DNA of 63,873 nucleotides, the filler included. It is 10 parts of 10 records of this genome, joined end to end, with 100 filler letters (N's around TTAATTAATTAA, not from the genome) between each part and the next. Parts side by side here need not be neighbours in the genome. Positions count along the whole stretch, not along the records: positions 1 to 4,168 come from SRR20825010_4668; positions 4,269 to 21,540 come from SRR20825010_4669; 8 more parts are not named here. One strand, given 5' to 3'. This document shows, one piece after another, positions 1-8,835 of the stretch. A model generated the notes under the pieces. That model was not told where the DNA came from and ran no database searches. It worked only from the letters and a program-made list of their open reading frames with translations. Both the position numbers and the translations under genes were made by a program. The first letter of the stretch is position 1; each line of letters starts with the position of its first letter.

Positions 1-1152
1 AACAACGTCTACCGTATCCTGATCGAGATGCTGGCAGTCACCCTGTCGAAAAATGCCCGTGCGCGCGCCGTCCAATTGCCCGCGTGGAACGAAGCGCTTG
101 GCTTGCCCCGGCCCTGGGATCAGCAATGGTCGATGCGCATGCAGCAGATCATGGCCTATGAAACCGATTTGCTGGAATATGACGACCTGTTTGACGGCAA
201 CCCCGCGGTGGATGCCAAGGTGGAGGTCCTAAAAGAGGGGGCGCGCGCCGAACTGACCAATATCGACAGCATGGGCGGCGCGGTCGAGGCGATCGAATAC
301 ATGAAGGGGCGGCTGGTCGACAGCAATGCCGAACGGCTGAACCGTATTGAACGTGGAGAGACCGTGGTGGTGGGCGTCAACAAGTTCACTCACGGCGAGC
401 CCAGCCCGTTGATGGACGCGGAAGGCGGCATCATGACGGTCGATCCGGCGATGGAGCAGGATCAGATCGGCCGACTGAGCGCATGGCGGGACGAACGTAA
501 CGATGGAGAGGTCCGCGCGGCCCTGGCGGACCTGCGCGCGGCCGCGGCCGAGGGGCGCAATGTGATGCCCGCCTCTATCGCCTGCGCCAAGGCGGGGGTG
601 ACCACCGGCGAATGGGCGGCGCAGATGCGCGCAGTGTTTGGCGAATACCGTGGCCCCACAGGCGTATCGCGGTCGGTGTCCAACAAGACCGAGGGACTGG
701 AAGACCTACGCGAAGCGGTGAACATGGTCAGTGACCGGCTGGGCACGCGGCTCCGATTTCTGGTCGGCAAACCGGGACTGGACGGGCATTCTAATGGCGC
801 CGAACAGATCGCGTTCCGGGCACGGGATTGCGGTATGGAGATCGACTATGAGGGGATTCGTCTGACACCGGAACAGATCGTCGATGCGGCGCGCAACGGC
901 GCGCATGTGGTCGGCCTGTCGATTCTGTCCGGCAGCCATATTCCACTGGTCGAAGACCTGATGGAGCGGATGCGGGCAGACGGACTGGGCCATGTGCCGG
1001 TGATTGTCGGCGGCATTATTCCTGACGAAGACGCCCGGCGCTTGAAAGTCATGGGGGTCGCGCAAGTCTATACGCCCAAGGATTTTGAGTTGAACACAAT
1101 AATGCGCGATATTGTGACTCTTGCCGATCCTGCTTCTGTTGCCGCAGAGTAA
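1..1152 (+). CDS. ecm: Ethylmalonyl-CoA mutase / MeaA, B12-dependent (5' truncated)
   Basis: Open frame from base 1; acyl-CoA mutase family motifs QLPAWNEALGLPRPWDQQWS and C-terminal cobalamin-binding GKPGLDGHSNGAEQIA / VGLSILSGSH. Confidence 0.9.
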   Translation, partial: NNVYRILIEMLAVTLSKNARARAVQLPAWNEALGLPRPWDQQWSMRMQQIMAYETDLLEYDDLFDGNPAVDAKVEVLKEGARAELTNIDSMGGAVEAIEYMKGRLVDSNAERLNRIERGETVVVGVNKFTHGEPSPLMDAEGGIMTVDPAMEQDQIGRLSAWRDERNDGEVRAALADLRAAAAEGRNVMPASIACAKAGVTTGEWAAQMRAVFGEYRGPTGVSRSVSNKTEGLEDLREAVNMVSDRLGTRLRFLVGKPGLDGHSNGAEQIAFRARDCGMEIDYEGIRLTPEQIVDAARNGAHVVGLSILSGSHIPLVEDLMERMRADGLGHVPVIVGGIIPDEDARRLKVMGVAQVYTPKDFELNTIMRDIVTLADPASVAAE

Positions 1153-1180
1153 AAGACGTCAAGCGTCCTGTCATCGCCGC

Positions 1181-1207
1181 AAAGCCCCGCAATTCTTGCG
1201 GGGCTTT
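1181..1207. terminator. Intrinsic terminator after ecm
   Basis: AAAGCCCCGCAA-ttc-TTGCGGGGCTTT perfect inverted repeat with T-tract. Confidence 0.75.
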
Positions 1208-1396
1208 TACATTTTTGCCTCTAGTCAGCGTCAAATCGGCCTAATATTTTCTCGCAACCGCTGGTCATAAGTGGTCACATTGGATTACCTATACTTTTGG
1301 CTACAAATCGCACACCCTTGCAAATGTCACAAAAAAGAAGTTGAAACTGAGTGGAAACGGATAAAGAAGTAGCGTCCTAAATAATGGAGAAGAAAC

Positions 1397-1705
1397 ATGG
1401 ATATTAATCTGGAAAAGCTCTCTCGCGAAGAACTTGTGCAATTGATCGCCGATGCGCAGAAAGCGCTCAAGACTGTCGAGACGCGTAAACGGGCAGAAGC
1501 AAAACGCGCAGCGGAGTTGGCTGTGAAAGAGTTCGGCTTTTCGTTGGATGAGGTGTATTCGGCCAATGTGAAAGGCAGCAAGGGCGCGCCGAAATACGCC
1601 AACCCTGCCGACCCAACTCAAACATGGACCGGGCGTGGTCGCAAACCCAACTGGGTGATTGAGGCGCTGGACGGGGGCAAGTCCCTAGACGATCTCGCGA
1701 TCTAA
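1397..1705 (+). CDS. hns: H-NS family nucleoid-associated protein (HvrA/Spb-like)
   Basis: C-terminal [27 protein letters not shown]-binding motif; GGAGA RBS. Confidence 0.9.
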   Translation: MDINLEKLSREELVQLIADAQKALKTVETRKRAEAKRAAELAVKEFGFSLDEVYSANVKGSKGAPKYANPADPTQTWTGRGRKPNWVIEALDGGKSLDDLAI

Positions 1706-1706
1706 C

Positions 1707-2411
1707 ATGACGATTCACATTGGGGCCGCTGCGGGTGATATCGCCGAAACCGTGCTGATGCCCGGGGACCCGCAGCGGGCAAAGTGGGCCGCAGAAAAGT
1801 TTTTGGATAATGCACTCTGTGTGAACAAAACACGGGGAATGCTGGGGTATACTGGCACCTGGAAAGGCCATCGTGTTACTATCCAGGGGTCGGGCATGGG
1901 AATGCCCAGCCTTTCAATCTATGCCAATGAATTGCTGCGTGACTACGGGGCAAAGACGCTAATCCGGATCGGATCCTGTGGCGCGATGCAGGAACATGTC
2001 GCCTTGCGTGACATCGTCATTGCAATGACGGCATCGACCTTATCCACTCCCTCAAAGGGTCTGTTCCGGGAATTGAGCTTTGCGCCTTGCGCGGATTTCG
2101 GACTGTTGGAAGCGGCAGTCGCTGCGGCGCGCAGGCACGGGGCAACGACCCATGTGGGCGGAATCTATTCGTCGGACGTCTTCTACGACGAACGGCCAGA
2201 CCTGAATGAGCAGATGGTGCGGCACGGCGTTCTCGCGGTCGAGATGGAGGCCGCCGAGCTATATTCTGTCGCCGCCCGTCACAATGCGCGGGCCTTGGCT
2301 GTGCTGACCGTTTCTGATCACTTAGCAACCGGGGCGGCGCTGCCAGCCGAAGACCGTGAACGGTCTTTCGGCGAAATGGTCGAGATCGCGTTGGAAGCGG
2401 CCTTTGATTAA
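1707..2411 (+). CDS. deoD: Purine-nucleoside phosphorylase (DeoD type)
   Basis: [34 protein letters not shown] motifs. Confidence 0.95.
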   Translation: MTIHIGAAAGDIAETVLMPGDPQRAKWAAEKFLDNALCVNKTRGMLGYTGTWKGHRVTIQGSGMGMPSLSIYANELLRDYGAKTLIRIGSCGAMQEHVALRDIVIAMTASTLSTPSKGLFRELSFAPCADFGLLEAAVAAARRHGATTHVGGIYSSDVFYDERPDLNEQMVRHGVLAVEMEAAELYSVAARHNARALAVLTVSDHLATGAALPAEDRERSFGEMVEIALEAAFD

Positions 2412-2438
2412 TCGAACGGCGGCGGGCTCGTCCACGCT

Positions 2439-3284
2439 CTAGACACCATGCGTTCTGTCATAGCCGTTGGGCGGCGGGCTTTGCCAGTCGCCCAACGCGC
2501 CTGTAGCAGGGGCAAGCACCTCAACCTTCAGTGGGTGGCACTGTGCCGTATCTGAACTGTGCTGGGCCGAACAATCGCCGCCCGGACAAGCGCTGAGCGC
2601 TCCCAAAAGATCAATCTCAGCAAAAAATGTGATCTGATCTCCCGGTCGGACCGGGCTTGCCTTCATGAAATATTGACCGGTGTCGCGGGTGAACCCAGTG
2701 CACATGAAGACGTTGAGCACGTCGTGGACATGGGTTTCGGCCTCTTCCACGGACATCTGACGCGCCGCCGCCAGGGCGCGTGTCAGGTTGGAGTGGCAGC
2801 AGTGATGGTATTGCGTGCCTGCCAACAGATTGCCGGTGTAAGGATCGCAGCGCGTGCCAATCACATCATGCACGGATCCACCAAAGGCGTCGATGCCGTA
2901 CCAGTCCAGGCTGTCCTCTACGATGGTCGCCATGGGCCGCAGGTTGGGAAAACTGGACCAGAGGCGTTCCCCGGTGGTGACATGGGTGCCGTGCAGGGCG
3001 CGGGTTTTGCCGGAATAGAACCGCTCGGTCAGGTCCTGCGCGTTCCACAGGTTCAGGTCGCCGACCTGCGGACCTTCGACAGAGGAAATACGGAAGAAAT
3101 GCCCGGCAGGCACGGTAAAGCTACAGGCATTGCGGGGCTGTGCCAAAATCGTCTCGCTGACCGCTGCGGATTCCAACGCCGCACGATACATAGACAGATC
3201 GGGCTGTGGCAGCGTGTCATTGGGGTAACAGATCACCGGCGGTATGGCCCGGCGGGCCTCGGCGTCAGAGGGCGGTGTGGTCAT
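2439..3284 (-). CDS. DUF1989 / urea carboxylase-associated family protein
   Basis: EGPQVGDLN, HDVIGTRCDPY, HCCHSNL, LSACPGGD motifs; start taken at MTTPPS after AAGGAG RBS rather than at the longer ORF start 3530. Confidence 0.85.
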   Translation of the reverse strand: MTTPPSDAEARRAIPPVICYPNDTLPQPDLSMYRAALESAAVSETILAQPRNACSFTVPAGHFFRISSVEGPQVGDLNLWNAQDLTERFYSGKTRALHGTHVTTGERLWSSFPNLRPMATIVEDSLDWYGIDAFGGSVHDVIGTRCDPYTGNLLAGTQYHHCCHSNLTRALAAARQMSVEEAETHVHDVLNVFMCTGFTRDTGQYFMKASPVRPGDQITFFAEIDLLGALSACPGGDCSAQHSSDTAQCHPLKVEVLAPATGALGDWQSPPPNGYDRTHGV

Positions 3285-3366
3285 GGCGCGGCTCCTTTTT
3301 CCGGCGAGTGAACCCCCGAGGTCGATATAACGCAAGAGGTGACTGCCCACTCCCACTGCGATGACA

Positions 3367-3579
3367 TCAGCGGCGCGCTTGCGCGTCCGGGCGATGGCAT
3401 TCGCGTGGAGGTTGCCCAATGGCACCTGACAACTGCGCGCCGCAATGCACACAGGTCCATGTACTGAGTCCATCTTTTCGCCGCTCACGCCACCGGCAAA
3501 GGCGGGTGGCCCTGTTGGAAAACACGGCAATCAGGACAAAAGCGATGATAAGACCGACGATGACAAACATGGCGACCAT
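3367..3579 (-). CDS. Small membrane-anchored Cys-rich protein (putative zinc ribbon)
   Basis: N-terminal hydrophobic helix, then CRW...WTCVHCG...PPREC. Confidence 0.55.
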   Translation of the reverse strand: MVAMFVIVGLIIAFVLIAVFSNRATRLCRWRERRKDGLSTWTCVHCGAQLSGAIGQPPRECHRPDAQARR

Positions 3580-3693
3580 GTAGCGGTCGCAGCCGCGTAG
3601 GAAAAGCAGCCTATCGCGCACAGACCGCATTCGGGCGGTGTGGTGCCAGAAGCTCGGAAGCGGATAAAGCCCGCAGCCCACGCCGCTCAGACT

Positions 3694-3720
3694 AAAACGC
3701 CCGGTCCGATGGGCCGGGCG
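3694..3720 (-). terminator. Intrinsic terminator after the 43-aa ORF
   Basis: CGCCCGG..CCGGGCG stem followed by TTTT on the minus strand. Confidence 0.6.
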
Positions 3721-3734
3721 AGATCATCTTGGTG

Positions 3735-3866
3735 TCATGCGGCAAAGGGCAGATCCTCATAGACCGGCACCGTGCTTTCACGTCGTCTTTCAGGAGTGTA
3801 ATAGGCCCAAGCCTGATTGAGGGCTTCAAGGGCGGCGTTCGCCTTGCTATTTTGGTTCTCTGTCAT
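3735..3866 (-). CDS. Small hypothetical protein, 43 aa (absent from the ORF track)
   Basis: MTENQNSKANAALEALNQAWAYYTPERRRESTVPVYEDLPFAA*; GAAAGG RBS upstream and terminator downstream. Confidence 0.55.
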   Translation of the reverse strand: MTENQNSKANAALEALNQAWAYYTPERRRESTVPVYEDLPFAA

Positions 3867-4065
3867 GGGGTTGCCTTTCGATCTACAGCGACCCCCTCCC
3901 TGCCGTGCTACCTAGTCCACCTTTGCGGTCGTGACACCCGTCAAAGCCGCAAACGCGTGTTGCACCCAATGCAAGGGAAGTTGCGTCACCCAAAGAAATG
4001 CGCCCCAACCGCGCAAAGGCGGCCGGGGCGCTTGTGCAATCGACAGGAACCGACCGCCCGCGCGA

Positions 4066-4168
4066 TCAGACTGCGCGATCGACCATCATTTTCTTGATCT
4101 CGGCAATCGCCAGCGCCGGGTTCAGACCCTTGGGGCAAGTCTTGGCGCAGTTCATGATCGTGTGGCAG
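4066..4168 (-). CDS. sdhB: Succinate dehydrogenase iron-sulfur subunit, 3' end
   Basis: Minus strand reads [33 protein letters not shown]. Confidence 0.92.
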
Positions 4169-4268
4169 NNNNNNNNNNNNNNNNNNNNNNNNNNNNNNNN
4201 NNNNNNNNNNNNTTAATTAATTAANNNNNNNNNNNNNNNNNNNNNNNNNNNNNNNNNNNNNNNNNNNN
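4169..4268. other. Artificial contig spacer N44-TTAATTAATTAA-N44. Identical spacers at 21541-21640, 25881-25980, 32649-32748, 37099-37198, 45522-45621, 49741-49840, 56278-56377, 60589-60688
   Basis: Identical 100-nt linker with stops in all six frames; genes are truncated at the spacers and gene context changes across them. Confidence 0.98.
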
Positions 4269-4285
4269 TGAGGGTGCGGCAAAGA

Positions 4286-4333
4286 TGGATGGCCCGATTG
4301 ATACCCCGATCAAGTCGGGGTAGGGCCAAGACG
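4286..4333. repeat. CGTC-tagged REP-like palindrome with nested inner hairpin
   Basis: TGGATGGCCCG...[TACCCCGATCAAGTCGGGGTA]...GGGCCAAGACG, the same family as 7776-7878 and 19303-19332. Confidence 0.7.
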
Positions 4334-4355
4334 CATCTTTGTTGTGTTGGAAGCC

Positions 4356-5612
4356 TTAGGCCGCGGCAGCCTGTGCTTCGTCGCCAGCGCGGATGACTTC
4401 GTCGCGGACGGGTTTGGGCTCGCCGAAGAGGTAGCCCTGACCAAGCTCCACATTCATGTCCAGAATATCGACCACTTCGCGTTCGGTCTCGATCTTGTCC
4501 ACGATGAGCTGGATGCCGTTGCGCTTCAGCACTTCCTTGATGTCGGCGACATGGATGTCGTTATCGGCATCGGCGGCGCCTGTGAGAAGGGCGGCGGGAA
4601 TTTTGACGAAGCGGAAATTCAGGTCGTGCATCTCGGCAGGGTTGAGCTTGACGCTTGTCACCTGATCCATCGAGAAGCGGAAGCCGAGTTCGGCCAACTG
4701 GGCGAGGCTTTCGCGTTCCAGCGGACCCATGCCGTTGACCGTCATCTGGCTGAACTCGAAAATGAGATGCTGGGCCAGATCCTGATTGTGCTGCATGTAA
4801 TCGACAAATTGCGGGAAGAAATCGCTGTCGAGCAGGGAATAGGCGGAGATGTTGCAGAAGACACCTGCATTCTTGTTGCGGGCGGCAAGCTTGCGCACGA
4901 CCTGGATGCAACGGAAGAGCAGGATGTTATCAACTGTCGGCATCATGCCGGCAGGCTCGGCCACGCGCATGTAATCGCGCGGCATGATGAGAGCGCCATC
5001 TTCGGAGCGCAGACGCGACAGGCCTTCATAATAGCGCGTCTTGCGCTGGGGCAATGTCACGATGGGCTGGAGATAGAGGTCCACGCGGTTGCTTTCCAGC
5101 GACCGGCGGATGGTTTCCAGAAGCTCGCTGTCGGAGAGTTCGGAAATATCGGGTTCGGGTGCGACCTCGACCGGCTTGAAAGCCTGAGCAAGGTTTGCCT
5201 GCAGACGCGGCGCACCAGCCTGCACAGGCATGGGGGGCGCTTCGCGGGTTTCGGCAAGACGTTTGACGAGGGATTCGACGACGCGGATTTCAGAGAAGAT
5301 GCGTTCCATGCGCGCGGTGGTCTCGCGCTCGAAGCGTTCTTCCAGTTCGATGATGCGTTCGCCTGCCAGATCAAGTTCGCGCGAGAGGGTCTGTGCGACT
5401 TCGGTCAGCTCGGTGAGTTCGCCGCGCACTTTCTTGCGCTCGACGCGCCGGTTGAAGGCGGCATGGGCTTCCGCACCCAGCAAACAGGCGATGAGACCGG
5501 CCAGAATGGCCAGTTTCGGCTCCAGCAATCCGAGATTTTGCAGCCCGTAAGCCATGGCAAGCGATGGCAGAGCGTAAAGTGCGGTGGCCAATAAGGTTTT
5601 TAGCGTCGACAT
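4356..5612 (-). CDS. TipF-like degenerate EAL-domain protein (2 TM + coiled coil + EAL)
   Basis: N-terminal hydrophobic helices, coiled coil, YLQPIV...YEGLSR, GQGYLFGEP; the DDFGTG loop is replaced by MDQVTS. Confidence 0.75.
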   Translation of the reverse strand: MSTLKTLLATALYALPSLAMAYGLQNLGLLEPKLAILAGLIACLLGAEAHAAFNRRVERKKVRGELTELTEVAQTLSRELDLAGERIIELEERFERETTARMERIFSEIRVVESLVKRLAETREAPPMPVQAGAPRLQANLAQAFKPVEVAPEPDISELSDSELLETIRRSLESNRVDLYLQPIVTLPQRKTRYYEGLSRLRSEDGALIMPRDYMRVAEPAGMMPTVDNILLFRCIQVVRKLAARNKNAGVFCNISAYSLLDSDFFPQFVDYMQHNQDLAQHLIFEFSQMTVNGMGPLERESLAQLAELGFRFSMDQVTSVKLNPAEMHDLNFRFVKIPAALLTGAADADNDIHVADIKEVLKRNGIQLIVDKIETEREVVDILDMNVELGQGYLFGEPKPVRDEVIRAGDEAQAAAA

Positions 5613-5647
5613 GCAATTGCCCCACGGGTGAAACCCGTCTTCCGGAA

Positions 5648-5695
5648 TTGATCCTGTCTTAACCTTGAGCCATAGAATTTGAGAAAAAGTTAACC
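5648..5695. promoter_or_regulatory. Two CtrA-like boxes (TTGA-N7-TTAACC) upstream of the EAL gene
   Basis: 5648-5664 TTGAtcctgtcTTAACC and 5679-5695 TTGAgaaaaagTTAACC; each has one mismatch to TTAA-N7-TTAAC. Confidence 0.55.
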
Positions 5696-6047
5696 AAAGC
5701 GGGCGAAATCGTAACTTTTTACGATCCGGTCACAGCCCGAATAGACCGGAAACCGGCCCAAAAGAGGTGTCAGGCGGGCATGCGTGCGGCGCGGGCGAGC
5801 TTTTTCCAATGCATACGGTAAAGATGCGAAGGGCGGGACCTTGTGCGCACCGGCACGGCAAGGGCCCGTTCGAGCTAGGACCGTTTGGCCTCGTCATTTT
5901 GCAGAACAATTTTGGCAAAGACGGCTTCATTGTCAATGTAAGGTCTTGTTCATCGGAGTCGCGGTCGGAGTTTTCAAAGAGCAACGTGCCGGCTTTGCTC
6001 GCCTGTGGCTGCGCCACGATCATAACGCACATCACATTTGCCCCTCC

Positions 6048-6080
6048 AAGCCCCCACCAAGTAAGTCTTGGTGGGGGCTT
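6048..6080. terminator. 14-bp hairpin, probable terminator of the AT-rich orphan
   Basis: AAGCCCCCACCAAG-taagt-CTTGGTGGGGGCTT. Confidence 0.65.
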
Positions 6081-6106
6081 ATTTTAAATATTCAAAAACT
6101 CGAAGC

Positions 6107-6661
6107 TTACACGTCAAACGGTAAGGTAATGATAAATCCTGCAAGCCGTTCGGCTTCTTTCGCTGTAAGGTCCTCAGGAAGTTCAAATTTAATCGAAATA
6201 TCAGGCCGTAACGCAAATATATGGTCTATTTTGTCTATCATTTTCCCTTTATCTACGTTATCCGCATGAAAGTCAGTGAGTTCGTCCTCTTCATCTTCAA
6301 TCTCGCCTGAAATTTCGGAGAGATTGTTCGTATTACCCAAAGTGGCGGCGCCAATATTGCGCAGGCTATATTTCCATTCGATGCGGCTGGCCGATCCCTT
6401 TCTCCCTACCACAAATCTCGCCAACCCCAATTCTTCGAGCTTCCTTGCGATGGTAATAATGGCATAATATTCAATGCCAGTGCGTGTTTCTATGCGTTCA
6501 ATGTTGGTTACCCGGGCGTCGTTCTTCCGAGCTTCTGCCCATTCAAAAAACGACTTGCTCCAAGAATTTTTTTTGAGAAAGCTCTGAAGTGCTGAAACAT
6601 TGTCTTCGTCAATAGCTGCGTTCATTTTTTTGTTCCTTTTAAATATCAATTTTGGGACCAT
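6107..6661 (-). CDS. Hypothetical protein, AT-rich (putative winged helix + acidic linker + small C-terminal domain)
   Basis: 184-aa ORF with AAGGG RBS; visibly more AT-rich than its neighbours. Confidence 0.7.
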   Translation of the reverse strand: MVPKLIFKRNKKMNAAIDEDNVSALQSFLKKNSWSKSFFEWAEARKNDARVTNIERIETRTGIEYYAIITIARKLEELGLARFVVGRKGSASRIEWKYSLRNIGAATLGNTNNLSEISGEIEDEEDELTDFHADNVDKGKMIDKIDHIFALRPDISIKFELPEDLTAKEAERLAGFIITLPFDV

Positions 6662-6780
6662 TCCCTTTAAGATAGGATCAAAATAACTTTATTATAAGGT
6701 TTTGTAAACCATATAATGCACGGCGACGGATTTTATTGAGAGGATTTTTGCCAATTCACCCGATTAACCCAAGGAACACG

Positions 6781-7257
6781 ATGAACGCCTATCAATTCGA
6801 GTTTCGCACCATCACCGGACAGGCTCTGCCTTTGTCATCCTTTGAGGGCAAGGCTGTGCTGGTGGTCAATACAGCGAGCCGCTGCGGCCTCACCCCGCAA
6901 TATCGCGAGTTGCAAGGCTTGTGGGAACGCTACAAGGCGCGTGGTCTCGTGGTGCTGGGCGTGCCGTGCAATGACTTTGGCGCGCAGGAGCCGGGCACGG
7001 AAGCCGAGATCGTCTCTTTTTGCGAAGTGAATTACGACATCGACTTTCCGCTGACCTCCAAGCAATCGGTGATCGGGGCGGATGCGCATCCCTTTTACAA
7101 ATGGGTCGGCGAAGTGGCAGGCGAGGATGCGCTGCCCAAATGGAATTTTCACAAATATCTGATCGGGCCGAACGGTGATCTTGTGCAGGTCTTTGGCAGT
7201 CGCGTGCCGCCGGACGATGCAGCACTGGTGAAAGAGATCGAAGAGCTGCTCGGGTGA
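6781..7257 (+). CDS. Glutathione peroxidase family protein
   Basis: VNTASRCGLTPQY, VPCNDFGAQEPG, KWNFHKYLI; AAGGA RBS before ATG 6781. Confidence 0.93.
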   Translation: MNAYQFEFRTITGQALPLSSFEGKAVLVVNTASRCGLTPQYRELQGLWERYKARGLVVLGVPCNDFGAQEPGTEAEIVSFCEVNYDIDFPLTSKQSVIGADAHPFYKWVGEVAGEDALPKWNFHKYLIGPNGDLVQVFGSRVPPDDAALVKEIEELLG

Positions 7258-7751
7258 GCGGCTATGCGCCCATAGCGATAGAGCTGGCGCGATATAACAA
7301 ATGGCAGAATGACAAGCTCTATGCGCTTGTGCGTGATCTGCCGCCAGACGAAGTGACGCGCGATCGCGGCATGTTCTTCGGCGATATTCTGGCAACGCTG
7401 GATCATATGCTGATGGTGGAGCGGCATCTGCTCGATTATATCCACGGCATTTTGCCGGATAGTTTTGATGCCAAGCGGCGGATCGAAACCGCGTTCGAGC
7501 CGCTGGCTAAAGCTCGTGTGGCGATGGACGACAAAATGATCGGCATTTGCGAGGCGGCGCGGGCGGTGTGGTTCGATGAGGAAATCACCATGCCGTCGGG
7601 ACGGCGCATGCCGCGCAGTTTCTGGTGGGCGCAATTGTTCAACCACGCGACGCATCACCGCTCGCAGGTGACATCCGAGCTGACCCATATGGGCATCGAC
7701 TATGGCAATACGGACATGCCGTATAATCCGTTGACGCAATTTAGTGGTTGA
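7254..7751 (+). CDS. DinB family protein
   Basis: ARYNKWQN, FFGDILATLDH, FNHATHHRSQV metal-binding His pattern; GTGA overlap with the peroxidase. Confidence 0.85.
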   Translation: MSGYAPIAIELARYNKWQNDKLYALVRDLPPDEVTRDRGMFFGDILATLDHMLMVERHLLDYIHGILPDSFDAKRRIETAFEPLAKARVAMDDKMIGICEAARAVWFDEEITMPSGRRMPRSFWWAQLFNHATHHRSQVTSELTHMGIDYGNTDMPYNPLTQFSG

Positions 7752-7775
7752 GATGTGTGGTGGCGATTACCTTTT

Positions 7776-7878
7776 CGTCTTGGCCCGACTTGATCGGGCC
7801 ATCCACCTTGGCGGCACGGGTGAGGTTCGCTGGATGCCCCGGTCAATACCTCGATCAAGTCGGGGCAGGGGCAAGACG
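7776..7878. repeat. Inverted pair of CGTC-tagged REP-like palindromes
   Basis: CGTCTTGGCCCGACTTGATCGGGCCATCCA ... TGGATGCCCCG[..TACCTCGATCAAGTCGGGGCA]GGGGCAAGACG. Confidence 0.75.
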
Positions 7879-7917
7879 GTTTTCTCGGGTGGGATTGAAG
7901 CGTAATTTTCGGAAATA

Positions 7918-7947
7918 AAAATGCCCCGCACGCATGCGGGGCATTTT
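7918..7947. terminator. Bidirectional intrinsic terminator
   Basis: AAAATGCCCCGCA-cgca-TGCGGGGCATTTT between convergent genes. Confidence 0.8.
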
Positions 7948-7970
7948 GCCTTTTTGTCAGCGGCGGCTGA

Positions 7971-8642
7971 TCACTGTGTCAGCGGTGTCAGTCTGATCTC
8001 GACGCGGCGGTTTTGTTCGCGGCCAGAAGCTGTGTTGTTGGACGCGATGGGCTGGTTTTCGCCCGCGCCGTTCACGAGGAAGCGGCGTTGGTCCGTACCC
8101 TGATTGATGAGATATTGCGCGACGCTGTTGGCACGCTGCTGCGAGAGCTGCATGTTGTAATCCGCGCCGCCCGTCGAATCCGTGTGGCCGGTCACGTCGA
8201 TCAGCGTCTTGTTGTATTTCTTCAAGACGATAGCGACCGAATTCAACACGCCATAGAAATTGGAGTTGATATTGTAGGAGTTGGTGGCAAAGGTCACATT
8301 GCCCGGCATGTTGAGAATAATATTGTCGCCAACACGTGTGACGCTGACGCCTGTGGAGCGCAGCTGCTGTGCCAGTTCTTTTTCCTGGCTGTCCATGTAG
8401 TAGCCAACGCCACCGCCAGCGAGTGCGCCGACGCCTGCGCCGATCAGAGCGCGTTCGCGCCGATCGCTGGCGCTGCCGCCACCAAGAAGGCCCGCACCCA
8501 GCGCACCGACAGCCGCGCCGATGGCCGCGCCATATGTGGTTTTACTGGTCTTCTGTTCGCCGGTATAGGCGTCTTGCGTCTGGCAGGCTGCAAGCGCGAA
8601 AGCGCTGCACATAACAAGCGCGATGGTTCGTTTCATCAGCAT
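7971..8642 (-). CDS. OmpA family lipoprotein (YiaD-like)
   Basis: Lipobox LAAC, glycine-zipper, GYYMDSQE, OmpA_C motifs GHTDSTG / LSQQRA / NRRVEI. Confidence 0.92.
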   Translation of the reverse strand: MLMKRTIALVMCSAFALAACQTQDAYTGEQKTSKTTYGAAIGAAVGALGAGLLGGGSASDRRERALIGAGVGALAGGGVGYYMDSQEKELAQQLRSTGVSVTRVGDNIILNMPGNVTFATNSYNINSNFYGVLNSVAIVLKKYNKTLIDVTGHTDSTGGADYNMQLSQQRANSVAQYLINQGTDQRRFLVNGAGENQPIASNNTASGREQNRRVEIRLTPLTQ

Positions 8643-8835
8643 ATTTGTCCCGATCCTTGATTGGCAGGCTGGTCACGCAAATGCGTCACCCTTTGAGAAA
8701 AGCCCGCGGAATAGTGTAGAAAAGACGTCAGAATTCACGTACCCCGTGCGCAAACTAGCAAACACCCTAAGGTGCGTGAACACAAATCGGAAAATCTTGT
8801 ATAAGCGAAAAACGACAATATTAGGGAGAGAATTG

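Noticed and set aside
3285-3366. Guanidine riboswitch upstream of the DUF1989 gene
   Set aside because: The intergenic region is short and I could not find guanidine-I/II/III consensus elements.
4169-4268. TTAATTAATTAA motif repeated nine times
   Set aside because: Artificial six-frame-stop linker inside N runs, not biological.
5730-6035. Cys-rich 101-aa minus-strand ORF
   Set aside because: No recognisable motif or clear RBS, and competing ORFs on the other strand. Cannot be supported, though not excluded.
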